Source: Synechocystis sp. PCC 6803 substr. PCC-P (lineage in GTDB: Bacteria; Cyanobacteriota; Cyanobacteriia; Cyanobacteriales; Microcystaceae). From it: a DNA stretch of 32,000 nucleotides. Below are positions 8,636 through 17,408 of the stretch, piece after piece. Location of the stretch: assembly GCF_000284455.1 (NCBI RefSeq), contig NC_017039.1, forward strand, positions 1,620,001 through 1,652,000, in the 5' to 3' direction. Numbering within the stretch: position 1 is the stretch's first letter; every line of letters begins with the position of its first letter. The notes below the pieces were generated by a model that was not told the origin of the DNA, ran no database searches, and worked only from the letters and a program-made list of their open reading frames with translations. The translations under genes were made by a program, and so were the position numbers.

Positions 8636-9462
8636 ACGAAGAAAAACAACAAGAATTATTGATATCAGTCATAATAACTAACTATAATTATGACCAATTT
8701 ATTGACCAAGCTATTGAGAGTGTGTTAAGTCAAACATATTATAATTTTGAGTTAATTATTGTTGATGATGGCTCAACAGATAACTCAAGAGACGTTATTT
8801 CAAGCTATACAGATTCTCGGATAAAAGCCCTTGTAAAAAACAATGGAGGTCAAGCTTCTGCGTTTAATGCCGGGTTTGAGCAAGCAAACGGCGAAATTAT
8901 TTGCTTTTTAGATAGTGATGATTGGTGGAAACCAGAGAAACTAGAAACTATTATAAGATGGCATTATTTTATTAATAAAGACTATGCCATATTCCAGCAC
9001 GTTTTAGATGTTTGGTATGAAGGAAAAACTCGTCCCTATAAGCACATATTGCCCAGTGGTGATTGTTTTGCTGAAATGAAAAAAGTTAAGAAGCTCGATT
9101 TTTTCGTACCGACATCAGGACTATCATTTCCTAAAAAAATATTAGATAGGATATTTCCAATTCCTATCAAGTTTATAATTGCAGCAGATTCCTACATCAT
9201 GAGAACCGCTTGTGTATTTAACATGGTATATTCTATTCCAAAATCTTTAGGTTTTTATCGTCAACATGATAATACTGTTTTTCTTAATCCCGATTTTGAC
9301 CTGCAGCCATTTCTTAAAGAAATTTTAATTCCTGAGTTGAATCAATTTTATCAAAAATACAGGATAAACTATCAAATTGAAATATCAGACTACAATTTCA
9401 ATGAGCGGAAAAAGAATAAAAAACAAAAAATTTTTGAATATCTAAAAAAAGTCTTTTTTTAA
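8632..9462 (+). CDS. GT2 family glycosyltransferase
   Basis: It contains ISVIITNYNYDQFIDQAIESVLSQTY..ELIIVDDGSTDNS and the DSDD motif. Its start overlaps the upstream stop by 4 nt. Confidence 0.85.
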   Translation: MNEEKQQELLISVIITNYNYDQFIDQAIESVLSQTYYNFELIIVDDGSTDNSRDVISSYTDSRIKALVKNNGGQASAFNAGFEQANGEIICFLDSDDWWKPEKLETIIRWHYFINKDYAIFQHVLDVWYEGKTRPYKHILPSGDCFAEMKKVKKLDFFVPTSGLSFPKKILDRIFPIPIKFIIAADSYIMRTACVFNMVYSIPKSLGFYRQHDNTVFLNPDFDLQPFLKEILIPELNQFYQKYRINYQIEISDYNFNERKKNKKQKIFEYLKKVFF

Positions 9463-9475
9463 AGGAGGCATCAAC

Positions 9476-10268
9476 TTGTTACTTTCTATGCTAATCACAA
9501 AACAATTATTCTTGTCTATAAAAAGCAAAGTTAAATTTTATTTATGGTATCTAAAATATGCCCTTAAACTGGCTTCTTTTAAAAACATTCATCAGGGAGA
9601 GGATTGTTTTATTATTGGGAATGGTCCCTCTCTCAATAAAATGGATTTGGCAAAACTAAATCAATATTATACCTTCGGACTCAATAAGATTTACTTGATT
9701 TTTGAGCGAGTTGATTTAAGTTTAAGTTATTATGTAACAGTTAATCGTTTGGTCATCGAACAATGTCAAAATGAAATTCAGAATTTTCGTTGTCCTTGCT
9801 TTCTTGAATTTACAAAATCAAAAGATATTATACCCTTCAAAGAGAATATTTATCGTTTAGCTACAACGGGAAGACCTTATATGTTTCAAACAGATATTAC
9901 CCAAAAAATATGTGAAGGAAATACTGTAACTTATGTTGCCATGCAGCTTGCCTACTATATGGGGTTCAAAAGAGTCTTTTTGATCGGAGTAGATCACAAC
10001 TTTAAATATTCAGGAAATCCTAATGAATCCTAATGAAAAGCAAATTTTAAATTCCGAAGACCCAAATCATTTTGATTCCCGATATTTTAGTAACCAAGAA
10101 TGGAATTTGCCTGACTTGGAAGCCTCCGAACTAGCCTTTCACCTTGCAAATTTTCATTTCAAGCGAGATAGCAGAAAAATTTATGATGCAACCTTAGAAG
10201 GAAAACTTAATATTTTCGACAAAATTAGCTTTGAACAGGCACTTTCCATGGCGAAACCAAAAAATTAA
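9476..10268 (+). pseudogene. DUF115/Maf-like, GT42 (Cst-II)-like putative CMP-ulosonic-acid transferase, frameshifted
   Basis: It contains IIGNGPSLNKMD, FGLNKIY and VAMQLAYYMGFKRVFLIGVDHNF. It is a paralog of 16504-17298. A 10-bp tandem duplication at 10016-10035 splits it into ORFs 9476-10033 and 10023-10268. Confidence 0.8.
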
Positions 10269-10292
10269 AAATCATCATCAGCGTTATATTTA

Positions 10293-11558
10293 GTGGACAT
10301 GAAATATCCTAGGATTTTAATTATTAATCCAGTTCCTTTTAATCATATTAATGCTAGCGGTATAACAACTAGTAACCTTTTTCGAGGTTGGCCGCTAGAC
10401 AAAATTGCACAGATTTATAGCCATGAGAATGACAAATATATTGATCATAAAATTTGTCAGAACTATTTACATATAGTATCTAAATCTTTAATTCCTGAAA
10501 AGCTTACTTTGGAGGAGCTTAACAAGCCTCTTCAACGAATTTCTGATTTGCTTAGTGGTAATTCTTTAACTTTGGGGGGGTGGCTTGCTAATCCTAGTCC
10601 TATCTTAAAATGGATAAAAAATTTTAATCCGGAAATTATATATGCGCGTCCCTTAGATACACCTTATTTTTATTGGCGTTTACCCTACCAAATTTCAAGA
10701 AACCAAAATATACCTTATGCCATTCATATTATGGATGATTGGCCAGCACGCTATGGGCAAAGAAGCGGAATAATCGACAATTTTATCCGAAAACCAGCAC
10801 TACAGAAACAACTCAAAAGATTAATAGAAAATTCTAGTCTCAATATTGGAATTTCAGAGCAAATGTGCAAAGCATTTGAAGAACGTTATAAAAGGCCATT
10901 CGTTACATTTCATAACTGTATAGAAATAGACAATTTTATAAATCAAGGCAAGACAGATAAACCTTCTGATAACTTACAAGTAGTTTATACTGGTTCGGTA
11001 ACCGAGGATAAAGAACTAGGAAGCTTAATTGATATAAAAGACGTTATCCTATCGCTTAACACAAAAGGTTATCAAATTACATTAACTATTTATGCTCCTT
11101 CCATATATCAAGAAATTATTGATCAAAAACTTGCCATACCAAATGTAATTAAATATGGAGGATTTTTTCCCCCTGAACTTAAGCCCAATATCCTAGCAAA
11201 TGCAGATTTGCTATTATTGCCACTGAATTTTGACGTCAAAAGTATTATCTATACTCAATACTCGTTCCAATCAAAGTTGCCCGAATATATGGCATCTGGT
11301 ACGCCAATTTTACTGTATGGGCCAAATAATAATCCTAATATAGAATATGCTAAAAAGAATGACTTTGGATTCATTGTTACTGAAAATAATCAGAAAGAAC
11401 TAACGAATTTTTTTTTACGTATCATTAAAGATCAGAAACTAAGAGAACATCAAGGTAAAATGGGACAAAGATTAGCTTTTGCCGACTTCAACGCTGAAGT
11501 GATTAGGGAAAGATTTCATAAATCACTTTGTCAAATCGCCCGAAACAAACTAGGTTAA
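10293..11558 (+). CDS. GT4/GT1-type (GT-B) glycosyltransferase
   Basis: This is a 421-aa ORF starting at GTG 10293 or ATG 10299. The C-terminal half has a GT-B nucleotide-sugar binding pattern (VVYTGSV..., SKLPEYMASGTPILLYGP). Confidence 0.65.
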   Translation: MDMKYPRILIINPVPFNHINASGITTSNLFRGWPLDKIAQIYSHENDKYIDHKICQNYLHIVSKSLIPEKLTLEELNKPLQRISDLLSGNSLTLGGWLANPSPILKWIKNFNPEIIYARPLDTPYFYWRLPYQISRNQNIPYAIHIMDDWPARYGQRSGIIDNFIRKPALQKQLKRLIENSSLNIGISEQMCKAFEERYKRPFVTFHNCIEIDNFINQGKTDKPSDNLQVVYTGSVTEDKELGSLIDIKDVILSLNTKGYQITLTIYAPSIYQEIIDQKLAIPNVIKYGGFFPPELKPNILANADLLLLPLNFDVKSIIYTQYSFQSKLPEYMASGTPILLYGPNNNPNIEYAKKNDFGFIVTENNQKELTNFFLRIIKDQKLREHQGKMGQRLAFADFNAEVIRERFHKSLCQIARNKLG

Positions 11559-11565
11559 TCGTTTT

Positions 11566-12402
11566 ATGAGTTTTTCTGAACATCATCTTGTTTCTATCTA
11601 TCCCTTTCCCGCTCTTAGACCCGTCTTAATTGATGTCGGAAGCCATCAGGGGGGAGTGTCCCAGTTATTTGCCCAAAAAAACTGGAAAATCATTGCGTTT
11701 GAGCCTGAAACAAAAAACCGACAAGTCTTTGATAAAAATCTATCAGGCTTTGATAATGTCACCTGTATCCCAAAAGCCGTCTCTAATGTTACCGGTGATA
11801 AAGTCCCCTTTTATACCAGTCAAGAACACTTTGGCATCCATACCCTTAAACCCTTTCATCCAACCCATAAATTTGCCTACGAGGTAGAAACAATCCGTTT
11901 AGACGATGCGTTAAATGCCTTAAAAATAGACCAAGTTACTTTTCTAAAGATTGATATTGAAGGAGCTGATTTTTTTGCTCTGCAAGGCTTTGACTGGAAG
12001 AAATATCATCCAGAAGTCGTTATGGTCGAGTTTATGGACAACCGATCCCAGCCAAACTTTAGCTACACTCACCACGATATGGTCAACTACATGACAGAGC
12101 GTGGTTACATCACCTACATTTCGGAATGGGATGTTATCAAAGAGTATGGACGCTCCGGACAGACTAGCGAGCCTCATCGTTGGCTACAATGTGTCCGTTA
12201 TCCCCTTAACCATGAACCAGCCTGGGGGAATCTGATCTTTATTACCCAGGGGAACGAATCAAAATTCGAGCAAACGTTAGCCCAATATCTAGAAAAATCG
12301 AAACATCAAGACCGTTGGGAAAAACTAAAGCAAATCTTTAAAAAATTGCCTGGAGTTCATGCTCTCTATCAGAAATTAAAATCAGGGTTTAAATCAATCT
12401 AG
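11566..12402 (+). CDS. FkbM family methyltransferase
   Basis: It contains LIDVGSHQGGVSQLF...IIAFEP...FLKIDIEGADFFALQG, typical of the Methyltransf_21/FkbM family. Confidence 0.75.
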   Translation: MSFSEHHLVSIYPFPALRPVLIDVGSHQGGVSQLFAQKNWKIIAFEPETKNRQVFDKNLSGFDNVTCIPKAVSNVTGDKVPFYTSQEHFGIHTLKPFHPTHKFAYEVETIRLDDALNALKIDQVTFLKIDIEGADFFALQGFDWKKYHPEVVMVEFMDNRSQPNFSYTHHDMVNYMTERGYITYISEWDVIKEYGRSGQTSEPHRWLQCVRYPLNHEPAWGNLIFITQGNESKFEQTLAQYLEKSKHQDRWEKLKQIFKKLPGVHALYQKLKSGFKSI

Positions 12403-12449
12403 TCAATTATTGAATTATTCTCTAAATTATTCACTCTTTTCACACCAGA

Positions 12450-13442
12450 ATGCCCCTTGTCTCCCTAATTATTCGTTGTTACAACGAAGAAAAACACATT
12501 GGCCGCTTGCTCAGCGGCGTTATGCAGCAACAGGGCATCGACTACGAAATTATTATCGTGGACTCCGGCTCAACCGACGCCACCGTCAGCATTGCCCAAC
12601 GCTATCCCATTCAACTCATCAGCATCGACCCCCAAAACTTTTCCTTTGGGCGCTCCCTCAATCTCGGATGCCAACAAGCTAGCGGTGAATATCTAGTTTT
12701 TGCCAGTGCCCACGTCTATCCCGTTTACCAAGACTGGCTTAAACAACTGATTGCCCCCCTGCAAACCAATCCCCAGATTGCCCTCAGCTACGGCAAACAA
12801 CGGGGCAACAACCAAACCCAATTTTCCGAACATCAAATCTTTGCCCAGTGGTTCCCCGACCAAGCTCAGATTCCCCAAACCACTCCCTTTTGTAACAACG
12901 CCAATGCCGCCATTCGCCGTGACCTGTGGCAAAAATATCCCTACAACGAAGACCTGACCGGCCTAGAAGACCTGGACTGGGCCAAACGTCTTATGCAAGC
13001 CGGTTATCAAATCGCCTACGTCCCCGACGCCGAAATTATCCATGTCCACCAAGAAACCCCTCAACGGGTCAGAAACCGCTACCGTCGAGAGGCGATCGCC
13101 TTAAAACAAATTTTTCCAGAACAAACCTTCAGCCTAGGGGATTTTGTGCGCCTTACTGTCAGTAATACCCTGAGCGATTACTATTACGCTTGGCAAAGCC
13201 AACAACTAATGACCCAACTATGGGCCATTCCCCAATTCCGGCTCATGCAATTCTGGGGAACCTATCAGGGCTATCACCAAAACAATTCCCTCAATCAGCA
13301 ACTGCGCCAAACCTTCTATTATCCCCGCCCCATCAACACCATCACCCCCAACGTCCCCAGCAAAGACGCACTCAAAATCAACTACGCCCAAAGCGATACC
13401 CAGCTAGTGCCTGACCCCTCTCCTCCTTCCCCCCATCAATGA
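12450..13442 (+). CDS. GT2 family glycosyltransferase
   Basis: It contains VSLIIRCYNEEKHIGRLLSGVMQQQGIDYEIIIVDSGSTDATV and a later EDLDW motif. It is the first gene of a C3-rich, HIP1-containing block. Confidence 0.8.
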   Translation: MPLVSLIIRCYNEEKHIGRLLSGVMQQQGIDYEIIIVDSGSTDATVSIAQRYPIQLISIDPQNFSFGRSLNLGCQQASGEYLVFASAHVYPVYQDWLKQLIAPLQTNPQIALSYGKQRGNNQTQFSEHQIFAQWFPDQAQIPQTTPFCNNANAAIRRDLWQKYPYNEDLTGLEDLDWAKRLMQAGYQIAYVPDAEIIHVHQETPQRVRNRYRREAIALKQIFPEQTFSLGDFVRLTVSNTLSDYYYAWQSQQLMTQLWAIPQFRLMQFWGTYQGYHQNNSLNQQLRQTFYYPRPINTITPNVPSKDALKINYAQSDTQLVPDPSPPSPHQ

Positions 13443-14086
13443 CTGCTTACCACCTAATTGATATTTCCGTCGCCGTTCATCCGCAGCTTCCCCGCTGGCC
13501 AGGCAGTCCCGCCATCGAATTTCAGCCAGAACTAGACCTTGCCAACGGCGATATTGCCACCGACACTACTATTCACATGAGCGTTCACACCGGAACCCAT
13601 GTGGATGCCCCCAGTCATTTTCTCCAGGGCGGTAAAACCGTTGAAACCCTGCCCCTCGAAACCCTCCTTGGCCCCGTCACCGTCATTGACCTCAGCCACG
13701 TCGATGCCATTGAACCCCACCATCTCGCCCAAGCCCCCATTCCAGATAGAACCCAGCGCCTGCTCATCCGCACCCGCAACTCCCTGCACTGGCAGCAGAA
13801 TCAATCCGAATTTGACCCCAACTTTGTCGCCCTCACCGCTCAGGCCGCTCAATGGGTCGTTGAGCAGGGAATAAAATTAATTGGCATCGACTACCTATCC
13901 GTCCAACGCTTCCGCGATGACGCCACCACTCACCAAATCCTACTGGGGGCAGAAGTGATTATTATTGAGGAATTAAACCTCTACGCTGTCCAGCCTGGAG
14001 AGTATGAACTCATTTGTTTACCAATTAAGCTCCAAGGCTTAGAAGGCGCTCCTGCTAGGGTAATTTTAAAGACAGTCTCTAACTAA
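13439..14086 (+). CDS. Putative cyclase / arylformamidase (kynurenine-formamidase-like) family protein
   Basis: It contains the HMSVHTGTHVDAPSHF motif characteristic of the cyclase (PF04199-type) family. It has a 4-nt ATGA overlap with the upstream gene. Confidence 0.7.
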   Translation: MTAYHLIDISVAVHPQLPRWPGSPAIEFQPELDLANGDIATDTTIHMSVHTGTHVDAPSHFLQGGKTVETLPLETLLGPVTVIDLSHVDAIEPHHLAQAPIPDRTQRLLIRTRNSLHWQQNQSEFDPNFVALTAQAAQWVVEQGIKLIGIDYLSVQRFRDDATTHQILLGAEVIIIEELNLYAVQPGEYELICLPIKLQGLEGAPARVILKTVSN

Positions 14087-14087
14087 T

Positions 14088-14777
14088 TTGTCAGACTCAA
14101 TGAACTCTGTAAAAATTGCGGCCCTTGTTCCCATGCGCCATGACAGTGAGCGAGTCATCGGCAAAAACTATCGTTCTTTTGGCGGCAAACCCCTTTACCA
14201 TCACATTGTTCAAGCACTACTCGACTGCCCTGAAATCGAACAGGTCTGTATTGACACTGACAGCCCCTTTATCCTCGACGATGCCCCCCAACAGTTTCCC
14301 AAAGTGCAGTGCTTAGTGCGTCCTGAACCTCTACGCTCAGGCATGACCTCCATGAATGCGGTTTTGGCTAACACCCTTGCACAGATTGACGCCGATTTAT
14401 ATCTACAAACCCACAGCACCAATCCTTTGCTGAAATCCAGCACCATCAGCCAAGCCATTCAGCAATTATTGAATTCTCCCCAATATGACAGTTTATTTGG
14501 CGTTACCCGTCTGCAAACTCGCCTCTACGACGCCAATGGTAATGCCGTTAACCATGACCCCGACATTTTGCTAAGAACCCAAGACTTACCCCCAATTTAC
14601 GAAGAAAATTCCAACCTTTATTTATTTACCAAAGACGTCTTTACCCAACGACAAAACCGCATTGGCAATCATCCCATTCTGTTTGAAATTGACCGGGATG
14701 AAGCCTGGGATATTGATGAAGAAGTGGACTTCCGCATTGCCGAAATGATGTATTTTTACCAACAAGAAAAATCATGA
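14088..14777 (+). CDS. Acylneuraminate/KDO-type cytidylyltransferase (CTP_transf_3) family protein
   Basis: The N-terminus KIAALVPMRHDSERVIGKNYRSFGGKPL matches the CMP-sugar synthetase P-loop-like motif. The start is TTG at 14088 or ATG at 14100. Confidence 0.75.
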   Translation: MSDSMNSVKIAALVPMRHDSERVIGKNYRSFGGKPLYHHIVQALLDCPEIEQVCIDTDSPFILDDAPQQFPKVQCLVRPEPLRSGMTSMNAVLANTLAQIDADLYLQTHSTNPLLKSSTISQAIQQLLNSPQYDSLFGVTRLQTRLYDANGNAVNHDPDILLRTQDLPPIYEENSNLYLFTKDVFTQRQNRIGNHPILFEIDRDEAWDIDEEVDFRIAEMMYFYQQEKS

Positions 14778-15730
14778 AATGGAAAGTTTTAGTAACCTGT
14801 CCCCCCATGCTCCATACCCTAGAGCATTGTCAAACCCGATTCGAGCAAGAACAGTTAGACGTGGTTGCCCCAACCATTACCCAACAGTTATCCGAAGCTG
14901 AACTCTGTGAACAAATTGCCGATTTTGATGGGGTAATCGCCGGGGATGATCCCTTTACCGCAAGAGTGTTAACTATCGGCAAACAAGGCAAACTAAAAGC
15001 ACTGGCCAAATGGGGCATTGGCGTTGATGCTATCGATTTAGCCGCCGCAAAACAGTTGGGAATTTTGACATCCAATACCCCCAATGTCTTTGGTGATGAA
15101 GTGGCCGACGTGGCGATCGGTTACCTAATTCTCTTGGCAAGGGAATTGCACTGCATTGATCAAGCCGTTCGGCAAGGGGAATGGTTGAAGATTCGCGGCC
15201 ACTCCCTCCGGGGTAAAACAGCCGGCATTATCGGGGTAGGCAGTATTGGTCAGGCGATCGCCGTTCGTTTACAAAGTATGGGGCTGAAATTGTTAGGCTA
15301 TGACCCACATCCCATTAGCGCCGACTTCTGTGAGCAAACTGGATTGCATCCTGTACCGCTGCAAGATGTATTACAACAGGCGGATTGTTTGTTTTTAGCC
15401 TGTAATCTTACCCCAGATAACTTTCACCTCCTGAATGCAGATACCTTTGACCAGATGAAACCCGGCGTTTGGCTCATTAACGTTGCCAGGGGAGGATTAG
15501 TGGATCAAGCAGCACTCATAGAAACATTGCAAACTGGAAAAGTCGCTAAGGCAGCCCTAGACGTGTTTGAGCAAGAACCCTTGGCGGCCGACAGTCCCTT
15601 AACCCAACTGCCCCAGGTAATTCTGGGATCTCATAATGGTTCTAATACCCGAGAGGCAGTTCTCAAGGTGAATCAGTTGGCCATTGATAATTTGGTGCGG
15701 GACTTACAACGAGCAACATCGGGAGACTAA
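14774..15730 (+). CDS. D-isomer-specific 2-hydroxyacid dehydrogenase (PGDH-like)
   Basis: It has the NAD motif GIIGVGSIGQAIAVRL and the catalytic region NVARGGLVD...HNGS. It overlaps the upstream gene by 4 nt. Confidence 0.85.
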   Translation: MKWKVLVTCPPMLHTLEHCQTRFEQEQLDVVAPTITQQLSEAELCEQIADFDGVIAGDDPFTARVLTIGKQGKLKALAKWGIGVDAIDLAAAKQLGILTSNTPNVFGDEVADVAIGYLILLARELHCIDQAVRQGEWLKIRGHSLRGKTAGIIGVGSIGQAIAVRLQSMGLKLLGYDPHPISADFCEQTGLHPVPLQDVLQQADCLFLACNLTPDNFHLLNADTFDQMKPGVWLINVARGGLVDQAALIETLQTGKVAKAALDVFEQEPLAADSPLTQLPQVILGSHNGSNTREAVLKVNQLAIDNLVRDLQRATSGD

Positions 15731-15732
15731 CC

Positions 15733-16482
15733 ATGAAACCAGTTGTTCTTATCACCGGTATTGCTGGGGGGATCGGTCAGGCGACAGCCGAACTTTTTGC
15801 CCAACAAGGTTGGCTCGTGACGGGAATTGATCGTCAAGCTGACCCAAAATGCCCTTATATTGACCACTATCAACAAGCTGATTGCGGCGATCCTAAAGCC
15901 CTTGCGGCTGCCTTTGACAATTTGGTCGGGGAAACCCAAAATCTCCATAGTTTGATTAATAATGTCGCCCTGCAAATTTGTCAGCCAATTCTCGAAACCT
16001 CCCTAGACGATTGGGATCAAGTAATGGCGGTTAATCTCCGGGCCGCGTTTCTTTTGGCAAAAATGTCTCACCCATATCTCCAACAAACCCACGGGAGTAT
16101 CGTTAACATTAGTTCAGTTCATGCGCTGGCGACCTCCGCCAATATTGCTTCCTATGCCGCCTCTAAAGGTGGGTTAATTGCCTTGACCCGAGCCATGGCG
16201 ATCGAATGGGCCGCTGATCAGATTCGAGTTAATGCCCTATTACCGGGGGCCGTAAATACCCCCATGCTGAGGGAGGGTTTGAGTCGTGGTCATTTGGTGG
16301 AACAATCCCCCCAGCATCAACTCCAAGAATTAGGGTCTAAAACTGTGATGGGTCGTGTCGGGCAACCGTCTGAAATCGCTCAGGCGATCGCCTTTTTAGC
16401 GGACAATGAGCAATCTAGCTTCATGACTGGGCAAACTATAACTATTGACGGCGGGGCGATCGCACGCCTCAGCACCGAGTAA
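15733..16482 (+). CDS. Short-chain dehydrogenase/reductase (SDR)
   Basis: It has the cofactor motif TGIAGGIGQATA, NISS, and the catalytic YAASKGG (Y-x3-K). Confidence 0.9.
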   Translation: MKPVVLITGIAGGIGQATAELFAQQGWLVTGIDRQADPKCPYIDHYQQADCGDPKALAAAFDNLVGETQNLHSLINNVALQICQPILETSLDDWDQVMAVNLRAAFLLAKMSHPYLQQTHGSIVNISSVHALATSANIASYAASKGGLIALTRAMAIEWAADQIRVNALLPGAVNTPMLREGLSRGHLVEQSPQHQLQELGSKTVMGRVGQPSEIAQAIAFLADNEQSSFMTGQTITIDGGAIARLSTE

Positions 16483-16503
16483 CTTGTTTCCGAGCTCAAT
16501 TCC

Positions 16504-17298
16504 ATGACGAAAAACACAACCGTAGAGCGTTTGCCAGACGCTAATCCTTATCGGTATGGTTTAGCAGAAATTTGGCGCAGACTTAAATGGGATCTGACTC
16601 CTGAATCATGGCGATCACGCCACAGACTTAAGCAGTATGAAAATCAATATGTAGGTCAAAAAGCTGTCATTGTTTGTAATGGCCCCAGCTTGTTACAAAC
16701 AGATTTTTCATTGCTTAAAAATATTTATACTTTTGGTCTAAACAAAATCAACTTACTTTTTGATAAATCTGATTTTCGCCCATCTTGTATTGTTGCGGTA
16801 AACCCCTTGGTAATCGAGCAAAATGCAAGTTTTTATAACAACACCACAATCCCCCTTTTCATCAACAGTAAGCACACATCCCTGATTAAACCTAGAGAAA
16901 ACATTATTTTCCTTCACTCAACAGAACAAATTAAATTTGCTCAAGATTGTTCAATCAGCTTATTTCATGGATCAACTGTAACCTTTGTCGCTATGCAGTT
17001 GGCATTTTATTTTGGATTTTCAAAAGTTGCTCTTATTGGATGCGATCACTCATTTAGAATGACAGGTTTACCTAATGAACAAGTCACTACGGAGCAAGAA
17101 GACCCCAATCATTTTGACCCTAAATATTTTGCAAATGGTGTTCAGTGGCACTTGCCAGACCTCTTAGGAAGTGAAGTAGGATATACTATGGCTAAGTTTC
17201 ATTTTGAACACAATAATCGAGCAATTTACAATGCGACAGAAGGTGGAAAGCTAGAAATTTTTCCTCGATTGTCGCTTACAGATTTCATAGACTTGTAA
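16504..17298 (+). CDS. DUF115/Maf-like, GT42 (Cst-II)-like putative CMP-ulosonic-acid transferase (intact paralog)
   Basis: It contains VIVCNGPSLLQTD, FGLNKIN and FVAMQLAFYFGFSKVALIGCDHSF. Motif order parallels Campylobacter Cst-II (GNGPSL ... CN ... ALGYKEIYLSGID), recalled from memory. Confidence 0.7.
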   Translation: MTKNTTVERLPDANPYRYGLAEIWRRLKWDLTPESWRSRHRLKQYENQYVGQKAVIVCNGPSLLQTDFSLLKNIYTFGLNKINLLFDKSDFRPSCIVAVNPLVIEQNASFYNNTTIPLFINSKHTSLIKPRENIIFLHSTEQIKFAQDCSISLFHGSTVTFVAMQLAFYFGFSKVALIGCDHSFRMTGLPNEQVTTEQEDPNHFDPKYFANGVQWHLPDLLGSEVGYTMAKFHFEHNNRAIYNATEGGKLEIFPRLSLTDFIDL

Positions 17299-17408
17299 TT
17301 CAGAAAAACTAATTGAATTTCCACATTTATCTTAATACAAAGAATTAGTAGATTCCCAAGATACCTAGCGTAAACTTCTCAATTGAAGACAAAGAATATT
17401 ATTAATTC

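Noticed and set aside
11630-11887. An 85-codon alternative-frame ORF inside the FkbM methyltransferase gene, plus the antisense ORF at 11944-12177.
   Set aside because: Both overlap a motif-supported gene and show no independent coding signal.
12410-13414. Five additional plus-strand ORFs of 65-90 codons in alternative frames across the GT2 gene (12410-12682, 12499-12696, 12751-12957, 12926-13165 and 13190-13414).
   Set aside because: This C/A-rich, G/T-poor stretch contains few stop triplets in any plus-strand frame. The products are P/T/S/R-rich low-complexity strings. Only the 12450-13442 frame shows glycosyltransferase motifs.
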